Positions 22,101-34,330 of a stretch of 64,000 nucleotides of DNA are shown here, piece after piece. The position numbers were made by a program, and so were the translations under genes. The stretch comes from Chrysemys picta bellii (taxonomy: Eukaryota). Under the pieces are notes generated by a model. The model saw only the letters and a list, made by a program, of their open reading frames with translations. It had not been told where the DNA came from and made no database searches. The stretch's first letter is position 1; the number at the start of each line of letters is the position of its first letter. The stretch spans positions 29,450,001 through 29,514,000 of the forward strand of contig NC_088797.1 in assembly GCF_011386835.1 (NCBI RefSeq). Direction: 5' to 3'.

Positions 22101-25100
22101 GTCTAAATTAACTGTTACCACTCAAGAAAGAGATCTTGGAGTCATTGTGGAGAGTTCTCTGAAAACATCCATTCAATGTGCAGCAGCAATCAAAAAAGCG
22201 AATAGAATGTTGGGAATCATTAAGAAAGGGATCGATAATAAGACAGAAATATCATATTGCCTCTATATAAATCCATGGTATGCCCACATCTTGAATACTG
22301 CTTGCAGATGTGGTCGCCCCATCTCAAAAAAGATATATTGGAATTGGAAAAGTTTCAGAAAAGGGCAACAAAAATGATTAGAGGTACGGAACAGCTTCCC
22401 TATGAGGAGAGATTAATAAGCCTGGGACTTTTCAGCTTGGAAAAGAGACGACTAAGGGTGCTATGATAGAGGTCTATAAAATCATGACAGGTATGGAGAA
22501 AGTAAATAAGGAAGTGTTATTTACTTCTTCTCATAATACACAAACTAGAGGTCACCAAATGAAATGAATAGGTAGCAGGTTTAAAACAAACAAAAGGAAG
22601 TATTTTTTCACACAACACATAGTCAACCTGTGGAACTCCTTGCCAGAGGATGTTGTGAAGGTCAAGACTATAACAGGGTTCAAAAAAGAACTAGATAAGT
22701 TCATGGAGGATAGTTCCATCAATGGCTATTAGCCAGGATGGGCAGGGATGGTGTCCCTAGCCTCTGTTTACCAGAAGCTGGGAGTGGGCAACAGGGGATG
22801 GATCACTTGATGATTACCTGTTCTGTTCATTCCCTCTGGGGCACCTGGTATTGGCCACTGTCGGAAGACAGGATACTGGGCTAGATGGACCTTTGGTCTG
22901 ATCCAGTATGGCTGTTCTTATTTTCTTTGGAAAGAGAAATTGATAGAATGATAAAAAATTAATGTAAAGTAAAAAATGTGATTTAAAAAAATGAATTTCT
23001 ATCTGACCTGGCAGCCTGAGGAGATGAGGAGTCAGTGGGCATGGCTGGCGGCAGGGGTGTCTCAGTGGACGTGGCTGACAGCAAGGAGACAGGGGTGCCT
23101 CAGTGGGTGTGGCTGGTGGCAGGGAGATGGGGGTTCAGTGGGCATGGCTGGTGGCAGGGAGGGGTGTCTCAGTGAGCATGGCTGGCAGCAGAGAGATGGG
23201 GGGTCAGTGGGCATGGCTGGCGGCAGGGAGGGGATGTGTGAGCGGTTTTGGTTGGTGGTCTCTCTGTAACACCCTGCCCTCCCCCTCAGGGTACCACCAC
23301 CTATTTCTCTGGGAACTGCTGTTTGGAGGATGCCCAGCTAGCCCAGAAATTCCTCGACTCGCAGGTACTTGCTGGCGCGCTGACATGGGACATCTCCCCG
23401 GTTCCCCCCAGGCAGCCCCAAGGCCTGACCACCTCCGTGGGGTGTGTCTGCTGCCTCTGCATTGCTACGGCCCTTGTGTCCATAGGGCAGTGCCCAGCAT
23501 CAGACCTCCTGGGGTCTGCGCCCTCCAGGTTTCCCATCCCCCACTCTGATTCCAGTGCCTCTGCATGGGGTTGTCGGGTGCCCACTGAAGTGGGGGGTCA
23601 GATGGGGTAAATCTCCCACCCCCTCCAACACCATCTCTGCATCTTTCAGAACATCAGTGCCTACAACACACGGCTCTTCAAGGAGAAGGACAAGGCAGGG
23701 CAGACATGCTACGAGGTGCGACTGGCATCAGTGCTGGGCACTGGTAAGACTCCCCCTTCTCTGCCCCCTCACTGCTTGGATCCCCCTGGTTTGTGCTCCC
23801 CACAGTGCCCACCTACCTCAGCTCCTCTGACCTGTGCTTCCTGGATCTCTCCCCAATCCCCCAACCTGTACTCCCCCCTCACCTGCTGCCTGGATCCCAC
23901 CCTCATGCTTGGCTCCCAGCCTGTGCTCCCCACTCTCTCCCTTCCCCCATTGAATTATCTGTCTCTCTGGGTCTCTCCCCAGATGCACCCGTCGACCATG
24001 AGCTGGCCCCCAAGCTACGCAGCTTTGAGTTTGAGGGCTGCACGTTCCGTGTGACCCGCGGGGACTACGCACCCCTGCTGGAGAGAGTGGTGGAGAACCT
24101 ACAGCGCACCAAGGCATGTGTCCCCCTGCCGCCCCCGCTCTGTGTGTGCACTGAGCTGTGGGGGGCTCTGTGGTGGCGGGGAGGGAGGTCTCTCCAGTGG
24201 CTTTTGTAGGTTTTAAACCCCAACTCTGCCACCAAGGGGAAACCTTAGTTTTATATCCAGAGAGAGAAGATAGTCTTAGGGACAAAGGACTGAGAGCCTG
24301 AACTCCTGGGTTCTGTTCCCAGTTCTGGGAGGAGAGTGGGGAGGAGCTGGGAGCCAGGACTCCTGGGTTCTCACTTCCTGGGGTTGAGATGGTGATGGGG
24401 GAGGAGGAATTTATTGGGGGGTGGGGAGAGGAATGGCTGAAGCCAGAGGAATAGTCGTTGATGAGCTACGTGTCTGCCCCTCTTCTCTCCCAGGCTCATG
24501 CTGCCAACACCAACCAGGAGCACATGCTGGAGCATTACATCCGTAGCTTCACTCAGGGTTCCATTGCGGCCCACAAGGAAGGTTCCCGCTGCTGGATCCG
24601 TGACAAGGGGCCTATTGTCGAAAGGTGGGGGCTGGGAACCGGGACTCCTGGGTTCTGTCCCCAGCTGTGGGAGGGAAGTGGGGTTCAGTGGGTTAGAGCA
24701 GGGAAGGCTGGCAGCCAGGGGTTTTGAGAGAAGTCAGGTGCCAGCTGCGGGGGGGGGGGGGGGGGCTGGGAGAGGAGAGGGGTTTGTTGATAGGGACATT
24801 TGCCTCCTGGGATCAGCGAACCAGGGGGCTTGTCTCTTAGAGCCTCCCCAGTCCAGGGCAGGCCAGGCCATTTAATGTGCTCTCTCCCTCCACAGTTACA
24901 TCGGCTTTATTGAAAGCTACCGAGACCCCTATGGCTCCCGGGGGGAGTTTGAAGGTAAAACACGAGGCCCCCAGATCCCAGCCTCAAAGGACCCTGGGGA
25001 ACCAGGAGGGGTTGGAGTAGTGGGAGGGAGGGGGGGGATGGGTAGGCTGTGGACGTGTGTGTGTTTTTTTCTGGGTGTGATTTTGTGCTGTAACTGTTAG

Positions 25101-28100
25101 GGTGTTTGCGGGGGGGGAGTTGGTTGTGTAGTCGTGTAATGTCATTCTTTCAGTGGGGGGTGTGGCTGGGTGTCCCTTGCAATTGTGTACTGTAGGTGTG
25201 TTTTGGAGATGGTGGTCGTATATTGTAATTGCTTTGTGGGAGTTAGAGGGGAGGGGTATAGTTTTGTGCGACTGTTGGGGTGTTTTGTGGGGGGTTGCTT
25301 TCCTCAGTGGGTTTGGGGGGGTTGAGGTGGTGATGGTGGGCAGAGGGTGGCTGGCTGTCAGGGACGGGGCAGTACTATCCAGCCCCGTCCACAGCACCCG
25401 CTTTCCCCCCCTCCCAGGATTTGTGGCTGTCGTGAACAAGGCCATGAGCGCCAAGTTTGCGCGGCTGGTGGAGTCGGCTGAGCAGCTGCTGCTGGAGCTG
25501 CCCTGGCCCCGTGCCTTTGAGAAGGACACCTTCCTCACGCCGGACTTCACCTCGCTGGATGTGCTGACCTTCGCAGGCAGTGGGATCCCGGCTGGCATCA
25601 ACATCCCCAACTGTGAGCACTACCCACAATCCTCTGTGCCTGCGCCCCTGCCCACAGTGCTCTGCACCTCCCCAGGGGCTACCCAGAATCCTCTTTGCCT
25701 GCATCCCTTCCCAGAATCCCATGTGCCTCCCAGGAGCTATCCACAGTTCTCTTCCACCCTGACACTATCCAAAATCCCCTGCATCTGCATTGCTGGGGGG
25801 AGTTGGTTGTGTAGTCGTGTCATGTCATTCTTTCAGTGGGGGGTGTGGCTGGGTGTCCCTTGCAATTGTGTACTGTAGGTGTGTTTTGGAGATGGTGGTC
25901 GTATATTGTAATTGCTTTGTGGGAGTTAGAGGGGAGGGGTATAGTTTTGTGCGACTGTTGGGGTGTTTTGTGGGGGCTTGCATTCTTCAGTGGGTTTGGG
26001 GGGGGTTGCGGTGGTGATGGTGGGCAGAGGGTGGCTGGCTGTCAGGGACGGGGCAGTACTATCCAGCCCCGTCCACAGCACCCGCTTCCCCCCCCACCCC
26101 CCTCCCAGGATTTGTGGCTGTCGTGAACAAGGCCATGGCCATTGGCATGGGAGACCAGACCATATGTAAGGCCCGCTGGTCTGTCCCCTTGACATGCTCT
26201 TGCCTCATGGTGAGTGTTGGCCTCAATGCCCTAGCAAGGCCCTATGGGGCGCTATGCTGCAGGGAGGATTCAATAGGGGGTGTTTTCCCCTTGCAATCAG
26301 TTCTGACCCCAATGCAGCACTAGGGGGCACTGTGCTGCAGCGAGCAGGGTGGCGGGTACAATAGGCGCTCTTGTTACACTCCAGCCCAGGGACAGTTTTA
26401 AAACTGGAGTTTTATTAAGCTCTGTATCAAAACCCGAACACACCCCCACACGTTGCACAAGCCCCATTACTGCTCAGTGCTTTCAGAGCACAGATGCTGC
26501 TGCTGCAACCAGAGCTTCCCCTTTGGACCCCCTTGGCAGACCTTCAACCTTTAAAGGGACATGGCACAGGTAAATCTAACCCTGACCTTCCCTTTAGAGT
26601 ACTACATTCCCCCCATTCATGTAATGTCTTCCCAAGCAAAATAGAACCCAGTCCATCCGTTTGCGTTATTAGCAATAGTCCCAGCACATCACTGTCCTTG
26701 TCATTCGAGCCTCTCGTCCGTCACAAGTTCTGGGACTGATGATGGGGCCTTCTGCAGCTCTCTCCCATTTATTTCACATTCAGCAGAAAGCTTCTGCAGC
26801 AATTTTAGTTCCGCTGTCCAACAGAATAGTCGGTTCTGAACACCTTCAATTAGGGTGACCAGATGTCCCTATTTCATAGGGACAGTCCTGGTATTTGGGG
26901 CTTTGTCTTATATAGGCGCCTATTACTCCCCACCCCCTGTCCCAATTTTTCACACTTGCTGGTCACCCTACCTTCAGTCCCCAAAGATGTTCATATCTTA
27001 TGGAATAACAGTTCCTATGTGATTGGTGGCATCACCATGTAACTCCAAGTCATTGGGCATATGGCAAGCTACTTAGAAAAACACACTAAATTAACAGAAT
27101 TACAAACTATCTAGAGCCGTAAAACGCTGTAGATCAACATCCACAGTGTAATTCAATATCCCCTACATCAGTCTTGGATAGAATGGCGGATAAGGTGCAG
27201 GAATAGGTACTGGGTATGACATGTGACAAACATGAGGACACCCTCCTGGTGCATTCACCGGTCCAATAGTTGGATTTAGATATTGATAAGTAGGTGCCCT
27301 AACTGTTCGTATATCAGCATCTGCAGGGCTCTTCTCTTCCTAGTCAGCCGACCCTGTGTGTCAATGATCTGTCCTCCGGGGAGCACTGCTGGTTTCAGGT
27401 TCCATGGTCACATTTTGATAATCCTGTCTTTCAACGGCTCTTGCAAATGTCCCATCAATGTGACCAGCAGTTTCCCAACATACAGGGTCAACAGGATCCT
27501 CATTTCCCAGCTGGGGAAGAAATATATGTGGATTCAGAGTTTCTGTGCCATGGGCAGCATCGGATACCATCAGCAATGTAGTTCATCTTCACTCTCACTT
27601 TGAGTCCCTGGAGTCCGATTTCCTGTCCTCATCTTGATTTCCTTCGGTGTTAGTTTGCCTTGTCCTGCGTGTCTTCTGTAGTGGTGTTACGTCCAAGGGG
27701 AAGTCAGAGGGAAGTAGAAGATAGGGTTCTTCACTGCAAACATTTCCTTTCCTGTCTTCTGCTTGTGCTTCATAGACTAAACTAGGGGTAGTCAATAGGC
27801 GGATCACGGGCCCAATCCAGATCGCCAGATGCTTTTGAACATCTTTTTATTTACTTATTATTATTGTTGTTGGGTTTTATTATTTTCCCTGGAGTCTGGA
27901 CCTTGACTATACCTTGACCAAGAAATTTGGACTTGGACCAAAATATAATTGACTACCCCTGGACTAGACAGTCCCCTTCCCTGTGAAGTACTATTTGATT
28001 TTTTTATCTTCCCACTACAATCTTAATTTGTCTGGTCCCCTTCTCTCTGGGAGACTCTGGATGAGTACTGGTGCACCTGGCAAGAGGGCAGCACCATGCA

Positions 28101-31100
28101 CTTTCTAATCACAGTGATTCCTTTCGTGAGTAGCAGATTTTTGAGAACATGTTGATGCTGGTTTGTAAGCTTCTTTCATCTGCTGTCTTCATTTCTCAGC
28201 ATAATCTTTACGGTTCCCAGGTGCAGATTGAGAGTTTATAGATCAACCAAATGCAACGTCAATGGGCAAATATGCTGAACTTCCATATAATAAACAGAAG
28301 GATGAGAACCGAGTAGCTCATTTCATGTACAGTCATAGGCAAAAATCACTTTATTAAGGGAATCCTACCAATTTGACTTTTGTTCTTCTGGCAAGGTTTT
28401 CAACCTACTCAGCAGAGCCTGATTCAGCCTTTCCACATGCCCTTTGCCCCATGGATGCTTTGGAGTTGTGCAGGGAGTTTCAGTTTTACTGTAGTGCTGT
28501 AACCTTTGGAATAAATGATTTTCAAACTCTGCCTCTTGGATCCTTTGGGGGAAAACAAATTTTAAAACAGTCACCGAAGATCTAGTCTGCCATGGTGTTT
28601 CCTGACTCGGTGGTGGGAGGGAAGGTTTAGACATACCTAGTGAAGTGATCCCTTATGTCTAAGATGTATTCATATCCTCCTTTGCTTCTATCTAGATGCA
28701 AGAAGTCTCTTGATACAAGCCCAAATGGTTCTGTTGTAACTGTGAGTTAATGATGCTCTGGTAGGCTGGTGAGGGTTCTTTTGCTTGTTGCGTGGACAGA
28801 CTCCAGTGACAATGTCTGTCTCTCTTCGTCTGTGGCCAATAAAACCAATCTCTTGCAAGACTGATTACTTGCTCTGCTCCTCAATGTCCCATCTCTTCAT
28901 GTGGTTCTTGATGTACCTGCTTTTGGATTTTTCAGGTAATACGAGGTAGCTTGGTTTCCAGTAAAGTCATATCTGTAGCACAGCATCATATTTTCAGTGA
29001 GAATCAGACCTCTGAGGCAGACAGTACTTTCTGTCTCAGATCAAGGGCTGGGAGTAGCAAATCCTGAGATGTGTCATCTTGTGCTGCTCTTGAGAGCTGC
29101 AGGGGAAGTTCAGTTGCATCTTTTTCCTGGTAATAGGACCTTAATATACCCTTAGTTCTGGCAGGCTCTGATTAGATCACAGCTTCCATTGTCTCTGCCT
29201 CAGCGTACCCCTTTTGAATTCCACTTTCAGTTTGATAAGCCAGACTGTTTAGGCTTAGCCTGTCCTCTTGGTTGGCGTTCCCCGTCTGTCTTGTTCTAAA
29301 ATCTTTCCTTAGAGTTAGTTCTATTTTCTGGGATGGGGGTGGCAGATTTTTCCCCAGGGGTTTGGCTTGTTAATTTCATTCATACTTTCCTGAGACTATA
29401 TTTCAAGCCATTTAAATATTTCAGCACTCTGTGTCTGAATTGTCTCTTCTTCAGTTGTTTCTGTTTGCTCCCCGTTTGCTGCAGCAATGATCTTATCTTG
29501 TAATGCCAGCAACTTAGACAGTCCCTGATCCTCCAACTCTTCCTGCAATGGTTTACATATTTGATTAAAGCAAATCGACATTTTGCTGCAGTTTCACTGC
29601 GACTTGTCCCAGAAATGCCCAGAGAGTCGCAGACCATCCTTTGGCTGGTATAAAAGTCCTCCTACCTCCATGTGACAGTCCTCTAATGCTCTCCCAGCCA
29701 AAGTGTTTGTAAATAATGAAATCTTCCCTGGCAGCTTTCCCTGGAACAGTTTACAGCAGCTTCTAGGGAGGTTCATCTCCTGGAGAGGTCAGATCACTGC
29801 AGTTCAGCCTCTCCTGGCTGGGAGTGTAACTCTCCCCTCTCCTAGTCACTGCTGACCCTAGTGCGGTGCTAGGGGGCACTGTGCTTCAAGGAGAAGGTTT
29901 GGGGCCACAGTATGGGGCAGGTGGGGCTGAGCCAAGTGTCTGCTTCCCCCACCTCTCCAGATGACGACATCCGCCAGACCGAAGGTTTCAAGAATGTGTC
30001 CCTGGGCAACGTGCTGTCAGTGGCTTATGCCACCCAGAAGGACAAACTGACCTTCCTCGCTGAGGAGGACAAGGTGTGTGGGAGCCCGGAGCTGTGGGTC
30101 AGGGTTGAGGGGCATTGGCAGAGCTGTGGGGGTTGGGGCAAGGCCAGGGCTGGGATAGCAGCGGTTCTGGGTTGGGACTGAGGGGCACTGAGAGAGCTGG
30201 TCAGGAGCCCATGGCTGGGATAGCAGGGGGGCAGTGAGTCAGGATTGAGGGGCACTGGCAGAGCTGGGGAGCTTTGGGAGAAGCCAAGGCTGAGATAACA
30301 TGGATTGTGGGTTGGGAGGAAGGGGCACTGCACACCATAGCTGGCTGAGGCTGTGGGTCTCTTGCAGGACCTGTACATTAAGTGGAAGGGGCCATCATTT
30401 GAGGTGCAGGTCGGGCTTCACGAGCTGCTGGGGCATGGCAGTGGGAAGCTCTTTGTGCAGGTAAGCACCCCCTTGGCAGGGGATGTGGGTGGGGGAGGGG
30501 GAAAGGATCCCTGTATAAACAGCCCCTGTGCTCCACCCCAGAGGAGGCTGCATCTCTGCTGCAGGCGAGGGATCCCTGCACACAGTGTTTGGGATGATGC
30601 TTCTCCCCATGGGCTAGCACGGCTGGTGCGGCGCAGCAGTGCTGGCTGAGGGTGGATGCTAACGTCTCCCCCATTCCACAGGAGGAGAAGGGCACCTGTA
30701 ACTTCGACAGAGAGGCTGTGATCAACCCGGAGACGGGGGAACTGGTAAGGGGGCTGGGAGGGAAAGTGATGGCGATGGGGGAGGGTGGGGAGAGTAATGA
30801 TCTTAATGGAGGAAGGGAAGTGGCAGAGCCAGCTTACACTGAACATCTGTGATCACCTTGGGGTGCCCCCCACCTGCCAGCCCTGCACCCCAACCCCTAT
30901 AATGTCCTCATGCGTGTCTTCCCCAGACCCCTCCTCCCCACATTACCTATAGGGTCCCATTGGGTATCAGTCCCAGCCCCCTAGCCCTGCCCCCCACATT
31001 GCCTATAGGGTTCCCTCAAGTGCCAGCCCTGCCCTCTAACTTTGTCCCCCCCACAGATCCAGAGCTGGTACCGGGGTGGCGAGACGTGGGACAGCAAGTT

Positions 31101-33131
31101 CTCCACCATCGCATCGAGCTACGAGGAGTGTCGAGCCGAGTGCGTGGGGCTCTACCTCTGCCTCAACAAGGACGTGCTCCGGTGAGGGGCCTGGGTGGGG
31201 GGGACAAGGCCTATCGCCAGGGCTGGAAACCGTAGGCGGATGGGAAGGGTCACCTGGATGGTGGGTGTGGCTGTCATGGGGGGGGGTGATGTCATATTAC
31301 CTGGGTATGGAGGGGACGGTGGGTGGTGAGGTGGGGGCTGTCACTGGGGACTGTGAGACAGTGTGGGGAGGCTGGGGGATGGCAGGGTCTGGGGCTCGGG
31401 ATAATGCTGCTGTCCTGCAGATACCCAGAGGGGCGTGTCCTTGCACTTGTTGCTGCCCCCCACTGTCAGCAAGTCCCGTCCCCCCCCCCGGCTTTTGTAT
31501 CCAGGCCCCCACATCCAGACACATCCCCTGTTCTACAGTGTGGGACCTGGTGTATTTGCAGGGGGCTCATCGGGGGTGGATCATGGATGGGGGAACCTTG
31601 CGGAGTTTTGGGGGGGTCATGGCTGGGGGGACAGAGGGGGTACCCTACAGAATTTGGGAGAGTTGTCTCGGAATTCAGCTACAGCCCCCCCCAGTGGGGG
31701 GGATGAGAGGTTGGGGGTTCCCCAGTGGGCCTCCCTCACTCCCTCCTGCCCCCCCCCCAGGATTTTTGAGCTGGAAGGCGAGGATGCGGAAGACGTGATC
31801 TACATCAATTGGCTGAACATGGTGCGGGCTGGGCTGCTAGGGCTGGAGTTCTACACCCCTGAGACCGGCACCTGGCGCCAGGTGAGTTGGGGGGGGGCAC
31901 TGGCCCTTTAAAAGGAGGCAGGGCAGCCTTTGACTCCTCCTCTGGGGGGGGGTGGCAGGCAGGGCTGTAGTGTGTGGGGGGAGCCAGGGTTCTATCCCAG
32001 CCCTGGGAGGGGAGTGGGATCTAGTGGATTAGAGCGGAGGGGGGCTGGGAGCCAGGACTCCTGGGCTCATCACTGCACCTTGCTGCTCTCCCCCAGGCTC
32101 ACATGCAGGCGCGCTTCGTGATCCTGCGGGTACTGCTGGAGGCAGGCGAGGGGCTGGTGTCGCTGCAACACACCACGGGCGCTGACGGCAAACCCGATGC
32201 ACTCATCACTCTCAACCGCAACAAGATCCTGCCTGTGGGGAAGCCGGCCATCGAGCGGTTCCTGCGCAGGCTGCAGGTGAGGGATAGGGCAGGGCTGCAG
32301 GGAGCAAGCTGGGGGCTCAGTAGGGGGCGCTCTCCTCTCACAGTCAGTGCTGGCCCCAATGGAGGTGCTGTGCTACTCGACAGTGGGGCTCAGTGAGGCA
32401 GTGCTTGTTCTTGTGCGGGGGACCATGATGGGGGTGGTGGGGCCATGGCTGTGTTGTGGGGGCACGGGGCAGTTCTGCCGGGGGCAGCCTGGCTGGGTCT
32501 CAGCCCCCTTTGTGTTGCAGGTGCTGAAGTCGACGGCGGATGTGGCGGGGGGCCGGGCGCTCTACGGGGGTTTCTCAGCCGTGACAGACGAGGGGCCTGA
32601 GCGTTTCCTGAGCCTGCGCGACACCGTGCTGCTACGCAAGGAGGCACGCAAGATGTTTGTGCAGGCCAACACCCGCCTGGAAGGTATGGAATCCCCCGGC
32701 ACTGCCCAGCCTTCTATCTACCTCACTACGGGGTAACACTGCCTGGAGGGTATGGAGTCCCCCCAATTTCCCCATGCACCCTGCTCTGGGGTGACACTCA
32801 CGTGGCGGGTACAATTCTGCCACACAACTCCCACCCAGCTCCCCCGCTCAGGTAACTGAGCCTTGGTTTACCCCAGTCCTATGCCAGCTGGGAGTTCAGA
32901 CCCTTGGGGCATTGGTGCCAGGTGGAGAGGGTGCAGAGAAGGCGTGGTGGGCTAAAATTGGAGCCCAGGCCATGAGGAGTGATTGACGTGACAAGGTAGG
33001 GGCAGGTGGAAGGGTACAGGAGCAGGGGGTGGGTGCAATATAGAGGGCTGTGATGGAGCAGGGGGTGGGGGAAACACTGTGACCCCCTCTCACCTCCTCT
33101 GCCTCTGCAGGCAAGAACATGAGACATGACC

Positions 33132-33168
<37 letters not shown>

Positions 33169-33396
33169 AAGGAGTGGGGTGAAGGTGAGGTGGGGGGCTG
33201 TGATGAGGACAATGCCATGACCCTGTCTCCCCCCTCCTCCTCAGGCGAGGATGTGACCCTGGTGCAATACGAGGGTACCGCAGCCGGACTGATCCGCTCC
33301 TTCTCCGAGCGATTCCCTGAGGATGCTGAGCTCTTGGAGCGCCATCTGCTGGAGCTGTCGGACGCCGACTCCCACTTCTGGGCAAGCCGGGGCTGA
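16148..33396 (+). CDS. DPP3: Dipeptidyl peptidase 3 (M49 zinc peptidase), 17 coding exons, 730 aa
   Basis: Exons 16148-16417, 16658-16747, 17028-17165, 23290-23364, 23650-23743, 23983-24113, 24494-24624, 24896-24954, 25418-25612, 29961-30073, 30368-30460, 30682-30744, 31057-31181, 31761-31881, 32097-32276, 32521-32683, 33245-33396; total 2193 nt, open frame. HELLGH at 30419-30436, EECRAE in exon 31057-31181, ETGE at 30730-30741. Confidence 0.97.
17467..18373. mobile_element. Non-autonomous hAT element
   Basis: TIRs CAGTGGTTTTCAAA / TTTGAAAAACACTG; degenerate 8-bp TSD aactagag / aactcaag; inserted at the end of a short CR1 3' fragment (about 17345-17466). Confidence 0.75.
19185..21517. mobile_element. 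Fold-back non-autonomous hAT element with transposase C-terminal remnants on both strands
   Basis: hAT dimerisation-domain-like peptides on minus ([27 protein letters not shown]) and plus (AALDPRFK...; [26 protein letters not shown]); left and right arms are reverse complements; right TIR ends gacagcccta. Confidence 0.8.
19522..20243. mobile_element. hAT MITE nested in the fold-back hAT
   Basis: TIRs CAGGGGTGGGCAAAC / GTTTGCCCACCCCTC; perfect 8-bp TSD CTTTAGAG (19514-19521, 20244-20251). Confidence 0.92.
23032..23237. repeat. Degenerate ~35-bp minisatellite, ~6 copies
   Basis: Unit cagtgggcatggctggcggcagggaggggtgtct. Confidence 0.8.
25795..26137 (+). repeat. Local duplication of DPP3 intron sequence plus acceptor and first 29 nt of exon 25418-25612
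   Basis: Near-identical to 25112-25446, including cctcccag|GATTTGTGGCTGTCGTGAACAAGGCCATG (copy exon start 26109). Confidence 0.93.
26851..26970. mobile_element. 120-bp hAT MITE inside the Gypsy element
   Basis: TIRs TAGGGTGACCAG / CTGGTCACCCTA; TSD ccttcaat / ccttcagt. Confidence 0.9.
27783..27961. mobile_element. hAT MITE inside the Gypsy element
   Basis: TIRs TAGGGGTAGTCAAT / ATTGACTACCCCTG; TSD gactaaac / gactagac. Confidence 0.88.
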
Positions 33397-33734
33397 GAAC
33401 AGGGAGACCCAACCCCCACACTGCACAGGGGACTCAATACACTCAGCTTTTGTACCTGCCTCTCGTCTCTTTCTGCTGCGTCTGATGTGTCAAACAAGGG
33501 TGGGGGAGCTCGTCCCACATGAGCATTAATGGGGCTCCTCACCAAGCCTCAGCAAAATGGCAGGAGGTTTAATGGGCCTTAGTGTCTAACACCCACCCCC
33601 CCAACTTCTGCCAGAAGTCCTGGCTCCCATTCCCTTCCACCAGCACAAGCCACCAAAACAACTTCCTTCCCAGAGTCGGGCATAGAACCCAAGAGTCCTG
33701 GCTTCCAGTTCCCCCTGCTCTAACCACTAGACCC

Positions 33735-34330
33735 TACTCCCTTCCCAGAGAACCCTGAGAAGTTTCAGTACATCCAAATTCAAGGTAATATGTCTGGGAG
33801 CCGACAATGCAGGTTCAGGCAGTGACTCAGAAAAGGACGTAGCTGGCATCAAAAATAATTGCCTCACTATGAGCTCCCAGTGCAGCCCTGCAGCCAAAAG
33901 GGCTAATGTGACCCTTAGGTGTACGAGCCGGGATAGCAAGTAGCAGGGAATGATCTTGCCTATGCCCCCAGTGTCAGTGTGATTGCTGCTCGAATGCTGT
34001 GTTCGGTTTGGGTGTACACACTTCCAGCAGGGTGTGGAACGTTCAAACGTTCAAAAATGAGCCAGGATTGCATGATGGGCTCAGTCTATTCAGCTGATCG
34101 AAGCTAAGGGTGAGAGCTGATTTGATCGCTGGGTGTAGGTACTTACACTTGGAAAAGAGAGCAGGTAGTGGAGACTTTTCACCATGGCTGCAAAGACATA
34201 GCAAGACCCAACAGCTGGAAGTTGAATTTAGACCGATTTAACCTTGATCTCAGATGCAAGTTCCACAGCCATTCAAAGGGCTTCCCCAAAGAGGTGGAGG
34301 GATTCACCATTGCTTGGAGCCTTTAACAAG
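33735..34330 (+). mobile_element. Old degraded CR1 fragment
   Basis: Residual CR1 ORF2 and 3' similarity (gcagccctgcagccaaaagggctaatgtgacccttagg; gctggaagttgaatttagac). Confidence 0.6.

Larger units (their letters stand above)
18821..22925 (+). mobile_element. CR1 LINE ORF2 (RT) and 3'UTR, interrupted by a hAT element
   Basis: Pieces about 18821-19178 and 21518-22925; RT motifs [49 protein letters not shown]; frameshifted. Confidence 0.92.
26372..29831 (-). mobile_element. Internally deleted Gypsy LTR retrotransposon (gag and integrase remnants, 3' LTR 26372-26606)
   Basis: Gag-like [30 protein letters not shown] and [10 protein letters not shown]; integrase [11 protein letters not shown]...[26 protein letters not shown]; PPT gaatggggggaa directly before the TGT LTR start; LTR has AATAAA and ends ACA. 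Confidence 0.8.

Noticed and set aside
26372-29831. Ginger DNA transposon or DIRS element because of inverted termini
   Set aside because: Gag-like peptides, a PPT and a TGT...ACA LTR indicate Gypsy origin, and the integrase is DDE-type rather than a tyrosine recombinase.
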